From an uncultured delta proteobacterium (lineage in GTDB: Bacteria; Desulfobacterota; Binatia; UBA9968), in contig CAVWLW010000059.1 of NCBI GenBank assembly GCA_963755715.1, positions 128,001-192,000 of the forward strand: DNA of 64,000 bases. Reading direction: 5' to 3'. Under the pieces are notes generated by a model that searched no databases, was not told the origin of the DNA, and worked only from the letters and a program-made list of their open reading frames with translations. Shown piece by piece: positions 10,801 through 20,704 of this stretch (positions are counted from its first letter, which is position 1; each line of letters starts with the position of its first letter). The position numbers and the translations under genes are program-made.

Positions 10801-11988
10801 TCATGAAGTTGAGGAACCAGCTTGCCATCGCTAGCACCCGCATGTACGAACACGCTCATCATTTGGGTTCGCGTCATTTTTCGCTGGATCAAATAGCTAG
10901 CAGCAAGAAACTCTGCATAGGTCTGATGCGCCCATCCCATTCTGTCTGTTCCGCGCGAAGAAAAGAGCCCGGTATCCAGAGCTTCCCGAATGGCTGCCTC
11001 ACTGACCTCAAATTCGTTAGCGTCGACGCTCTCTTTGCCGCCACACAATTCGGAAATTGTTACGTCTTCTCCCGGAACGTCTCCTCGATCGACGGCAGTC
11101 CAAATTGCGTACCGATTTGTGAATATTGTGAGAGCTGCCATTCTCGAAGCTATGCTCACACGTTGTTTCGCATCGAGGAACCCGGCAATTCGCACGACGA
11201 CTGTCGCTCGTCTCTTCACATAACAATCGGCAACCTTCCAGATAAAGTTCGCTCTGCGTTTTTGGAAACTGCCCGTGGCGATTGTATGTATTGAGCAGGA
11301 ATTGAAGGGTAACGGGTTTGATCGCTAAAGGAACAACTTCTCTATTTACGATTTCCGTTAAAAACCCTCCTGGCTCGACTCTATTGGTTTTCGCAGCTTC
11401 AATGATATCGACCCTGCGGAGAGGAGCTAGCTCGTATACTTTAAAAGCCTCGTCTCCCCACAACCTCATCAATCCTTGCTCCAAAGTAGTTGGCCAATCC
11501 GCTATCCGTAGTGCGATGCGCAAATGCAGGCAATCAATGGGATATTTTGGCAGCTCCTCCACAAGCAAGGCTGCGACAGTATCAATCCTCAGTAAGCACT
11601 CGTCTAGACTGTCAAGAAAGAGATGTAAGTTTTGGCTTCCACTTAACCAAGATTTGAAAACAGGTGCGTCAAATATCGCTTGTATAAGTCGGACATCGGT
11701 TTGGTAAGCTCGGAGGTCTACCCATAACGATATGTCTCCTTTTCCACTAATCTCCTCATCGATGCGTGCCTTCTGGCCTTGCACACTCGTAGATTTGCCC
11801 ATTCCAGGCTCTCCGAGAAGGATAAGACATGCAAATTTGGAAATATCTTATTCAAAGGGTACTGCGTCAGGATTGTAAAGTGATCCGTATTTTGAATCTG
11901 GGTTCCATAAAAACCCGTCGTCGGACAAATTTAACTTGCCGTCCCTTGGACACCAGAACCGCTTCCAGTTATAAAAGTTAGCTGGCAT
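7803..11988 (-). pseudogene. Disrupted ~1390-codon NACHT/STAND NTPase with HEAT-like repeats and a C-terminal PD-(D/E)XK-like domain
   Basis: Walker A LLGEPGMGKST, Walker B LFLDSLDE, WAHQTYAEFLAA, HEAT-like ARVNAAYAV, C-terminal VIIEAKGCWN and HGMYLVAWF; in-frame stops at 11848-11850 and 10755-10757 plus several frameshifts; visibly AT-richer than flanks. Confidence 0.8.
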
Positions 11989-12290
11989 GAATACCCTCTC
12001 TGCTGTTTTCTCTATTTGAATTGCGCACTTTAACACAGAATCACTAGGGAATATGACTTGAAATGGAAAAATCTAGGAAAATGGGGTCAGAGGAAAGAGG
12101 AATCACGTGACCTCCCCTCTCTTCATCAAGGGGGGTGATTTGGGGTCGTGCTTTCTATTCTCGACAATCTTGGTTGCAGCAATGAATGGGATGGCCACTG
12201 GCGCTGTCTTTGATATTCGGGCAACAAGCGGGAGAGGAAATGCGCAGACCGCTATCGATATCGGGACGTCACTCCTGACTCATGTTCCCT

Positions 12291-12974
12291 TCATTTCCCA
12301 CCCAGGCGGTGAAGCATGCGCTTCAATGCCACTCGCGCGCGGGTGAACGCGGTGATCTTGCCGCCTTCGAGGCGCATTCGAAGCTCGACGTAGAACTTGG
12401 TGAGTGATTTAAGGATCCCATTGAACAGCTCATCCTGCCCGTCGGTGTGGCCGCGACAGACGTGGTGGTGACAGCCGATCGCAACAGTTTGCACCGGTAG
12501 GAGAAGCTGGATTCTCGAAAGACCGTCCAGATCCAGGCTCTTCTTTGCCGACTCGATCCGCATCGCCGCCCCGCGCACCTCGTGCTTGTCTCGCGCATAT
12601 TCCTCATAGCGCATGGAAATGAGCTTTGCCCAGTCGCTCAGATGATCGGATTGCACGCCCAAGGTCTTTAAATGTTCCACGTGCGCCTCGGCGATCTGTT
12701 TGTTCAGATCAGCGAGAGAGCTTCGCCGTTCGGAGGAGACGCGGAGATCCGGGGCTTCGAGCAAAAGCATGATCAGCACGAGAAACCCAACCACCAGCTC
12801 GTTGAAGATTCGGTCCTGCTCAGTTTGGCTCAACTGCTCGAGACCGGCCATCCGGCGGAATTCCCTGTCGCGAAACAGTTCGTACGCCACAGCCGCAGCC
12901 GACTGAGACAACCCTGCGGCGGTTGCCTTGGCGGTCTGATCGATCGATTCAAGATCCGGCAAACGTGTCTTCAT
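12291..12974 (-). CDS. Hypothetical helical protein
   Basis: 227 aa ORF with plausible composition; no family recognised. Confidence 0.6.
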   Translation of the reverse strand: MKTRLPDLESIDQTAKATAAGLSQSAAAVAYELFRDREFRRMAGLEQLSQTEQDRIFNELVVGFLVLIMLLLEAPDLRVSSERRSSLADLNKQIAEAHVEHLKTLGVQSDHLSDWAKLISMRYEEYARDKHEVRGAAMRIESAKKSLDLDGLSRIQLLLPVQTVAIGCHHHVCRGHTDGQDELFNGILKSLTKFYVELRMRLEGGKITAFTRARVALKRMLHRLGGK

Positions 12975-13052
12975 GATGCAGGAACATCGTGGGGTGCGAC
13001 GCGGGTTAGGTCTTGCAATGACACATCTTGACCAAAACTCGTCGAAAGCCCG

Positions 13053-14194
13053 TCAGTTCCCCTTGCCCGCGCTCGCCAAAGCTTTTTTGATGATGTCGCG
13101 AATCGCGCCGAGCTCGTCGATCCATGCCGGGTCGAGCCAACTAAACTTGGCGCCCTTCACCCGGCGCGCCCACTCGCTGACCTTTTCCTTGGAGATATCT
13201 TCCCGCAAAGAATCGTTAAAGCCCCCGCTTCTATGATTGGAATCGAGCCACGCCGTCTGCCCTTCACGGGATAAGAGCCAATTGACGGCGACCTTCGCCG
13301 CATTGGGATGGGGTGTGCGAGTAAAGTAGCTCAACGTGCCGTTGTATGCCGTGACGGACGATCCCTCTTTGAGCGAACCTGGCAAAAATTGCATCAGCGG
13401 CAGTCCCTGCAGCATCGCTGTGTCGACCTCCCGTGCGCCGATGCCAAAAGCATATTTGCCCGCGCTTAGCCAATCCATCAATTGCTCATTGGACCGCAAG
13501 ATGGTGATGGCGGTGTCGGCGTACAACCGTCGGAGAAATTCCGCGCCGAGATCAGGATGCTTATAGAAAAAAATCTGCGCCGCGCTGATCGGGCCGGGCA
13601 GCAGCGGGTCGACGGTGACGATCTTCCCTTTCCACTTCGGGCTGAACAAATCCCAGTAAGATCTTATCTCCGCCGGATTCACCGCCTTGGTGTTGAAGGT
13701 AATGTCGCCGCTGCGGGGCGTGCCTTCGAAGACAAAAATGTAGCGGCTCTCCGGGTCGTTATAGTGATGCTTGCCTTCGTACCATCCCGAGGCATCGACC
13801 ACATCCGGCAGCAACAACAGCGGTTTGACCGGCTCCAACATCTTGGCGCGATGAAAAATTCGCGGCGACGTGCTCCCCGAAATATATAAATCCACGGCGA
13901 ACTTCTCCGCCCGCCGCTCGCTCATGACCCGCTGGCTTATCTCGGGTCCGTCCCCAGGGTCACTTTGATTTTGGGAAATTTTTTCTGGAAGCTGTCGCGA
14001 AACACCGGCTCCAAAGACTGGGTCATGTAAATGACGAGCGCGCCTTCTTCCTCCGCCGCTTTGACCGTCTTTTCCCACTCGGTGCGCCAGGCTGGGGTTG
14101 CTTCGGCAGCGAAACTGAACCTGGAAGAAAAGATCGCGCCGCAAACCAGCAGCAAGAAATGTATGAGAAAACAAATTCGAGTGGATCTCCACAT
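13053..14194 (-). CDS. ABC extracellular solute-binding protein (Fe3+/thiamine-like), frameshifted near 13950
   Basis: WEKTVKAAEEEG N-terminus joins the PKWKGKI and PHPNAAKV..NWLLSREGQ frame. Confidence 0.8.
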
Positions 14195-14263
14195 GCGGTA
14201 CTCCTACGGTAACACTAAGACCGAGCACGGAGCACGATCACCAACATGGCCCGCGCCTTTCTT

Positions 14264-14370
14264 CTATCTAAACTCCGGCTCTTGCAGGACTTCTCTGAGC
14301 AGACTCATATCGACGCCTTTGCTCGGGTCGATCGGTCCTTGCAACGCGCCTAATAACTGGCCGGCGTCGA
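14264..14370 (-). repeat. Direct repeat of the last 107 bp of the SBP gene at 15128-16102
   Basis: 7 mismatches in 107 bp, identical 34-aa translation DAGQLL...EPEFR*. Confidence 0.95.
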
Positions 14371-14405
14371 CGCCAACCGCCCGGTCCGCCAAAGTTAACA
14401 TTCCC

Positions 14406-14434
14406 TTGAAGCCATTGAACCGCGACGATACAAT
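14406..14434 (+). promoter_or_regulatory. Sigma70-like promoter for vapBC
   Basis: TTGAAG-N17-TACAAT followed by a GGAGG RBS. Confidence 0.55.
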
Positions 14435-14457
14435 GCCTCCATCCAGATGGAGGCCAG

Positions 14458-14679
14458 GTGGAAGAAGCAAAAATTTTGAATAAGGGGCAGCTGATCATTC
14501 CGATCCACATTCGCAAAAAACTCGGGCTGAAACCTGGGGACGCCGTCAAACTCTTTGATTATGACGGTGCGCTCCACATCATCCCTATTTCTAAAAATCC
14601 GGTAAGAGAAAGCATTGGCATCCTGCCGCGTAGGCCATCCCTCAGCAAAAAACTCTTGAAGGATCGGGCAAGGGAGTAG
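14458..14679 (+). CDS. vapB: AbrB/MazE-type antitoxin
   Basis: KILNKGQLIIPIHIRKKLGLKPGD. Confidence 0.85.
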   Translation: MEEAKILNKGQLIIPIHIRKKLGLKPGDAVKLFDYDGALHIIPISKNPVRESIGILPRRPSLSKKLLKDRARE

Positions 14680-14683
14680 CTCC

Positions 14684-15082
14684 TTGCCGGCGCGGATCTA
14701 CGATAGCTTTGCGCTCTTGAAGCTTTTTCAAAAGGAGCGGGGCCATCAAAAGGTTGCTAAACTTTTAGAAGAAGACCGAGCCAGCCGAAGCCAACCGCTT
14801 CTCCAGATCATAAACTTCGGCGAAATTATTTACATCACCAAAAAAGACTTTGGCGAAACCGCGAAGCTGCGCGTCATCCGAAACGTGATCCAGTTAGACA
14901 TTCGACTCATCTCTGCAACCGACGACCTGGTTTATGAAGCGGCAGAGCTGAAGGGGATCTACACGATCTCCTATGCCGACGCCTTCCTCCTCGCAACTGC
15001 CATCAGGGAAAACGCCACAATCGTCACAGGTGATCCGGAATTCAGGAACGTCGAGTCACTCTGCACGGTCGAGTGGGTATAA
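14684..15082 (+). CDS. vapC: PIN-domain toxin
   Basis: IYDSFA, INFGEI, SYADAFLLATA, IVTGDPEF. Confidence 0.9.
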   Translation: MPARIYDSFALLKLFQKERGHQKVAKLLEEDRASRSQPLLQIINFGEIIYITKKDFGETAKLRVIRNVIQLDIRLISATDDLVYEAAELKGIYTISYADAFLLATAIRENATIVTGDPEFRNVESLCTVEWV

Positions 15083-15127
15083 TTCGCATTGAACGAAGAG
15101 TCATTCGGCGTTCCTCGAACGACCAGT

Positions 15128-16102
15128 CTATCTGAACTCCGGCTCTTGTAGGACTTCTCTGAGCAAACTCATATCGACGCCCTTGCTTGGGTCGATCGGC
15201 CCTTGCAACGCGCCCAATAACTGGCCGGCGTCGATCAAAGTTTTTTGCGCCTCGCCGGTCAGAATCCCATTCGCGCTTGTCGTCTTCGGAATATCGTCAA
15301 ACACCGCGCTCGCCTGGGCAGGATCGAGTTTCAGTTGCTGGCTCCAAAATGAAATCGCGTCGTCCCGACTCTCTCTCACTTTGCGAAACGTCCTCAAGGT
15401 CGCGCGAATCATGCGCTTGATCAGTTGCGGATCCTCCTTGAGAAGCTTCTCCGTGGAACACAGTCCGCCGCTGGGCATTTCGAGGACATCGCCAACAAAT
15501 AAAAGGTCTCTGCCGCCGAACTGCTTGGCCAGCAGATGCCACGGCGCGGAAAGGATCGATGCTTGGATCGCATTGTTTTCGAGGGCGGTCAGCCTGGTCT
15601 GTAGAGCGCCTAACGCAAGATAAGTGACGTCCCGATCGGAATTCAGCCCGAAATGGCTGATGGCCCTTTTCGCGGCGTAGTGGGTGGCGGTTGCCAGGCT
15701 CGCCACGCCGATCGATTTGCCTTTGAGGTCTTGAAAGCTTTTTATTTCGGGCCGCGCCACGAAATGAAACGGCGCCCTCGAGTTGATGACCATGAAACTC
15801 TTGACCGGCACACCGCGAATCCCGGAGTAATAACACGACTGGAATTGCGCGCTGAACTGCGCGTCGCCGGAGATCAGAGTCGCGGTGGCGACGTTGGGTC
15901 TTGCGACGACGATACGCAGGTCGAGCCCCTCTTGCTTGAATAAATCCCAACGCTTTCCGTAGAGGAGCAGCAGAGTCGTCCCCGTATCGATCGATGGAAC
16001 TTGCAGGAACACCGGACGAATCGGCTCGGCGGCGCCAACCCATTGCGCGTTGCCGATGCCGGCCAGCACCAGCAAGAGCGCCCATGTGCCGATCTTGGGC
16101 AT
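15128..16102 (-). CDS. NitT/TauT (NMT1/SsuA-like) substrate-binding protein
   Basis: FKQEGLD, DLKGKSIGV, signal peptide. Confidence 0.85.
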   Translation of the reverse strand: MPKIGTWALLLVLAGIGNAQWVGAAEPIRPVFLQVPSIDTGTTLLLLYGKRWDLFKQEGLDLRIVVARPNVATATLISGDAQFSAQFQSCYYSGIRGVPVKSFMVINSRAPFHFVARPEIKSFQDLKGKSIGVASLATATHYAAKRAISHFGLNSDRDVTYLALGALQTRLTALENNAIQASILSAPWHLLAKQFGGRDLLFVGDVLEMPSGGLCSTEKLLKEDPQLIKRMIRATLRTFRKVRESRDDAISFWSQQLKLDPAQASAVFDDIPKTTSANGILTGEAQKTLIDAGQLLGALQGPIDPSKGVDMSLLREVLQEPEFR

Positions 16103-16294
16103 GCGTCTGAGTTACCTTATTTTTCGACAAATTCAGTTCAGCATGATCCCCCTTAATTTCCCCTTTTTTTCCAAAGGGGGGTAAGATTCATGCCCGCAAT
16201 CAGAAAATCCCCTTATCTTTGCTAGACTTGCATTTCTATTTGACGACGAAATCCCGGAAATCAAGGCGCCTTACGGGGAGATTTGTGTTGCATC

Positions 16295-17915
16295 TTATGG
16301 TGTTACCGCGCCGCGCACCTGATCGATGAGCGCCAGGGCATCGTCGGGACAAACATCGCCGCGCCATGCCACATGGCCATCCGGCCGGACTAAAACCAAC
16401 TTACGCTCGTACAGCTCGGCAATCTTGCCATCGTTGATATCGTGAACGATCAATGGAACTCCGCGGGCGGCCGCAGCGTCAACGATCTTGTTCACAGCTA
16501 CGGAATTTTTGCCGAACCTCAGCAGAACGAAGCCGTCTCCGAACAGATCGAGTGTCGAGTGGCCTTCGCTGATCCAGGCATGCGGCGCCCGAGCGCCGGA
16601 CCGGCACAACTGCCGAAACGTTTCGCTCTTCGCGCATTGTCATTTCTCTCTCGGGGCAAATAACCGGAGAGCCTTCGTAACAATAGCCGAGCTTTACGCT
16701 CTCGTGTAGCCGTTCATTGCCCGCTCCTCGTCTGCCTTTTAATGCCTCGGCCAATCGTCGCCGCGCCCTCTCACCGTCCGGTGAATCGTCCGCGATGGTC
16801 GGGTCGGCCGGCAGGGAGGTTTCGTACTGGAATACTTCGCTGGAAGCCAGAACGCTGGTTGTCGCCACCGGCTTGCGCTCCAATTCATAACTCTCCAGCA
16901 GACGCGCTCCGCCCCATCCCTGAAGCATCGCTGCAAGCTTCCATCCGAGATCGACCGCATCGCCGATCCCTGTGTTCATCCCCAGGCCCCCTGTCGGTGA
17001 CATCTGGTGCGCGGCGTCGCCGGCGATGAACACTCTCCCTGCGCCATAGCTTTTCGCGACCAGCTCACGCCGCTTCCAGGGCAGCACCGAAAGCACTTCG
17101 AAAGAAAACGGCTTGCCAACGGCACGGATCAATGCGCCCGCGGCATCGAAGGAATTGGCATCGGTGTCGGGATCGAGTTGGAAAAGCGTAAGACGCCAAA
17201 GCTCGCGCCCGTCGATGGCGACGAGATCCGACCAGTGGCCTGAACCGTCGACCAGCCGATAAAAGCGCGCCCAACCTTTGTCGTGCAGCTCGCCGAGGGC
17301 CTTTGATCTGAAAAAGATGCTCAAGCTGTAGCTGAGCAGCCCTGAGCCCTCATATTCGGTGTTCAATGTTTTACGCACGAGTCCGTCGAAGCCATCGCAG
17401 CCGACAAGATAGGCGGCATTGATAGTTTCACTGTCGCCCGAGTCGAGGGATGTGACCCGCGCGTGCACACCGTCAAGGCCGGCTTCGAACGACTCGACTT
17501 CCGTGCGATGGCGCAGAGTCACCGAGGGAAGCGACGCCGCGTGGCGGAGCAGAATGGGATCGAAAAAAATTTGCGGGCACTGCCGCGGGCCCTCGGGCGT
17601 GTAACCTAGATCGCCTTGCTCTGCGTAGGAGGCAAACTTTTGCCGGAAAATCTCATGTCCGACCATGGTCGTGACGTAGATGAAGTCTCCGGGATGGGTC
17701 TGCGGCCAACCCGCCTTCTTGACCTCCTCGGCGATACCCCAGCGACGGCAAAATTCCATCGTGCGCGTGGAGACCTGGCTCATTTTGGGCACGGTGACGT
17801 TGCCGTCGCCGCGCTCGATCAGCATGCATTCGATGCCCCGGGAGCCGAGCTCTACGGCGAGCGCGAGCCCAACCGGTCCACCGCCGCAGATGAGAACTGG
17901 AACTTGCAATGCCAT
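16295..17915 (-). CDS. PheA/TfdB-type FAD-dependent aromatic monooxygenase, frameshifted near 16620
   Basis: GGGPVG, LVGCDG, GDAAH..P.GGLGMNTGIGD; C-terminal LVRPDGHVAWRG in the second frame. Confidence 0.85.
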
Positions 17916-17918
17916 CGT

Positions 17919-18900
17919 TCAAACCGTTCCGCGCACAAATAGCGAAGTGATATCGAGTTCGCGCTTCATCAGACCCTGCTCGATTTGGTAGCGATTCAAA
18001 GCTTTGAGACTGGTCATTTCCGTTGGCCCCAGAACGTAGGCATAGGGATCTTCGCCGAGAACATTTTTTTCCTTTTCATAGCCGGCGACTTCTTCCGCGC
18101 TCATGTATTGCGAGCGAAAGTTTTTTGGCTGCGCGAAAGGCCTCGGTCAGTTTCACCGGCAAATCGGGGTAGCGCTGCACGACCGCCTCCGTCATGGCCA
18201 GCGTATGCATAATCGGATAAATGCGGCTTTTGCGAACATAGCTGATAATTTCCTCCGTATCATCGATAAGCGATTTTACGCCGGGAAATTTTTCCATCTC
18301 GCGCGTGGTCTCGCCGCCGCCGAAAATTGCCGGGTAACCCGTGTCGCCGGGAATAATCACGCCGCCAAGCTTGCCGTCGGACAGCAGCTTGCCGAGATGC
18401 GGCTGATCTTGACCGAACTGCATCGGCTTGTCGGGTCGCTCGATCTTGACCGGCAGATCGTAACCGATGAAAAGCTCGTGTCCTGACACATACCACTGCA
18501 TGTCGGTGGTCTTCAGTCCGAACTCGTCATAGAGCAGCCCGCGCGACCAGACGTTGGCGGTGGCGCCGTAGCGAGACAGGCCGATCTTTTTGCCCTTGAG
18601 CTCGGCTGGATGGCTCAATGTTCCTTCCTTGATGTAAATGTTTCGATGACGCGGGCCTCGGGTGAAAAATACCGGTAGGGCCAGGAATCGCGGGCTCGCC
18701 TCGTTGATTCGCAGGAAGGTCGCGGTGGAAAATTCGCAAACGTCGAACTCGTTTTGTTCGAAGCGATGGTGCTGCTCACCCGGCGAAAGCGAATCGTGAA
18801 TGACCTTGATGCGGTAACCTTCGACCTCGACTCTGCCGTCGATGATCGCTTTCGTGCGCGGTTCGGCGGCGATCCCTATCGTGATAGTTGGCTTTTCCAT
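17919..18900 (-). CDS. 4,5-dihydroxyphthalate decarboxylase-like (PhnD/SsuA fold) protein, frameshifted near 18105
   Basis: EFDVCEFS, LPVF, YPIMHT, LGEDPYAY, QGL..R.L motifs; no signal peptide. Confidence 0.7.
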
Positions 18901-18987
18901 CCTATGGCAGGAGCTCCTCGGCGTGGAATTTAAATACCTGGCGTATCAGGACACAGTGAGAAGGACGTTAACGCGTCCCACTAAACG

Positions 18988-19159
18988 ACCCTCGGCTTAA
19001 GCCGAGGGTTTTTGAATTTCGACTGAAACTCGACTCTTCCCGTCATTCTGGCGGAAGCCGGAATCCAGCGATTTTTGTACCTGATCCGCAAACGAACCTG
19101 GATGCCGGTTTTCACCGGCATGACGAACCTTCACTTCGCCTAAAGGCGAGGGATTCAAC
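18988..19159. mobile_element. IS200/IS605-end-like miniature element enclosing a REP doublet
   Basis: Hairpins CCCTCGGCTTAAGCCGAGGG and TCGCCTAAAGGCGA..TTCAAC flank an inverted CGTCATT..GAATCCAG / CTGGATG..ATGACG pair. Confidence 0.55.
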
Positions 19160-19295
19160 CATCCCGTCTGCATAAGTCTGTTGGACATTGATGCTCGGCG
19201 CCATGGAAAACCACCGGCGTCACCACTGGTTCCTGAGCGCAGCCGTCTGGTTATCGACCAGCAGCGCGAGCGCAAAGACGAGGGCTAAAAGCACG

Positions 19296-20187
19296 CTACG
19301 CATTGCCGACGAACAAATTCATCGCGCCGATGTTTTCGATTTCCGCCTTGAGCTTTTCGCCGGCGACGAGCTTGCGTTGAAACGCCGGCGAGTCGGGATT
19401 GCCCGTTGAGATCAAATCGCCTGGCAACAGCGTGGTGACTTCCGACAGAAAGCTCACCAGCTCCGCGACGCCGTTAATCATGCCGCTGGTATTGGCCGAC
19501 TGGCGCAACTCGCCGTCGATCCAGAGATTCATGGTTAAATGATGCGGGTCGGGAATCTCGTCGCGGGTCGTGATCCACGGCCCGATGGGCGCGAAGGTTT
19601 CGAATCCTTTACGCACCGAACGGCAAGAGCCGACGCCGGTGCCGGGAGGGTTGGGACCGCGCGCGGTCATGTCGAGCATCACGGTATAGCCAAAAACGTA
19701 ATCGAGCGCGCTAGTTTTCGGCGACGTTTCTCGCCTCCTTGCCGATGACGACGCACAATTCCAACTCCGGGTATACGACTCTTTCCCCCTTGGGGATCAG
19801 GATCGTTTGCTCCGGGCCGATAACCGCCGAAGACGGTTTCAGAAATGTCATTTCGAGGGCTTGCTCGGGCGTAAACTTCAGCGTCTCGCCGCGGCCGGCG
19901 GCGTCTTTGATATCGCTCGTGCCGCGCTTGTAATTGAAAGCCGCCGCCCAAATCTTCGACGGCCGTTCCACTGGCGGTTTCAGCAGAGCGGGATCCAGTC
20001 CGACTCTTTTGGCCGTTGAGACTACGCTTCCCAGGATGTTCTTGACCGAGTCATAGTGGGCGATGAAATCGATCATGGACGCTCGCTGCGAAAGAAACCC
20101 CTTCTGCGCCAATATCTCTCTTATTAGAACAAGTTCCTCGCCGTCTACGATCGCGAGTTCATTTGGTTTTATCGAGGCAACGCGCAT
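19296..20187 (-). CDS. Fumarylacetoacetate hydrolase family protein, frameshifted near 19715
   Basis: FLKPSSAVIGP, ELELCVVIGK, KGFETFAPIGPWI, LLPGDLISTG. Confidence 0.85.
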
Positions 20188-20425
20188 TTCAAGTCCTTAT
20201 TTAGCGAATCTGGTTTTCAAGAACGAGATGATATTATTCACCCATAGCCAATGTCATCCCGCGCGGGGCGGTGTCAAGAGCGCGATTCATCTCGAAGCTG
20301 CTCCCATACAACATCTCGTTCCGCGCTCTCGCGCACTTCCACCGGTGCCTATAGTGAAATGAAGTTTGCTGCCACAAGCCGACAAATGCTAAACACTTTG
20401 ATAAAATTTAGTTAACAAATGGTGA

Positions 20426-20548
20426 GTGGTTTACCCACCTGTGGCGCGTGTCCTGAACGGGTACGCACCTTTGGAGACTTTTTAGCGGCTTGGTTTGGGA
20501 ATGCTGCTGCGAATTAAATCAAAGCAGAGGTCGGAGAAGAAAAATGTT
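20426..20548 (+). pseudogene. Decayed copy of the LysR 3' end seen at the window start
   Basis: VVYPPVARV/ERVRTFGDFLAAWFG and shared AAGAAAAATGTT versus positions 15-137. Confidence 0.75.
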
Positions 20549-20704
20549 GGGCGAGAACAAGACAAAGATCCGCGGCCCGTCCGATCCGCGCTAGGAAGCA
20601 TATGATCGACTAAGCTACGGAGGATTCGGAGTCCCACGCGGGGACGATGTGGAGTCAATGCTGATTTCCATGAACACGCATCTTGCGGCGACTTGTTCGT
20701 TTTT

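Noticed and set aside
14264-14470. 68-aa ORF as an independent gene
   Set aside because: It is the duplicated SBP 3' end fused to antisense vapB promoter sequence
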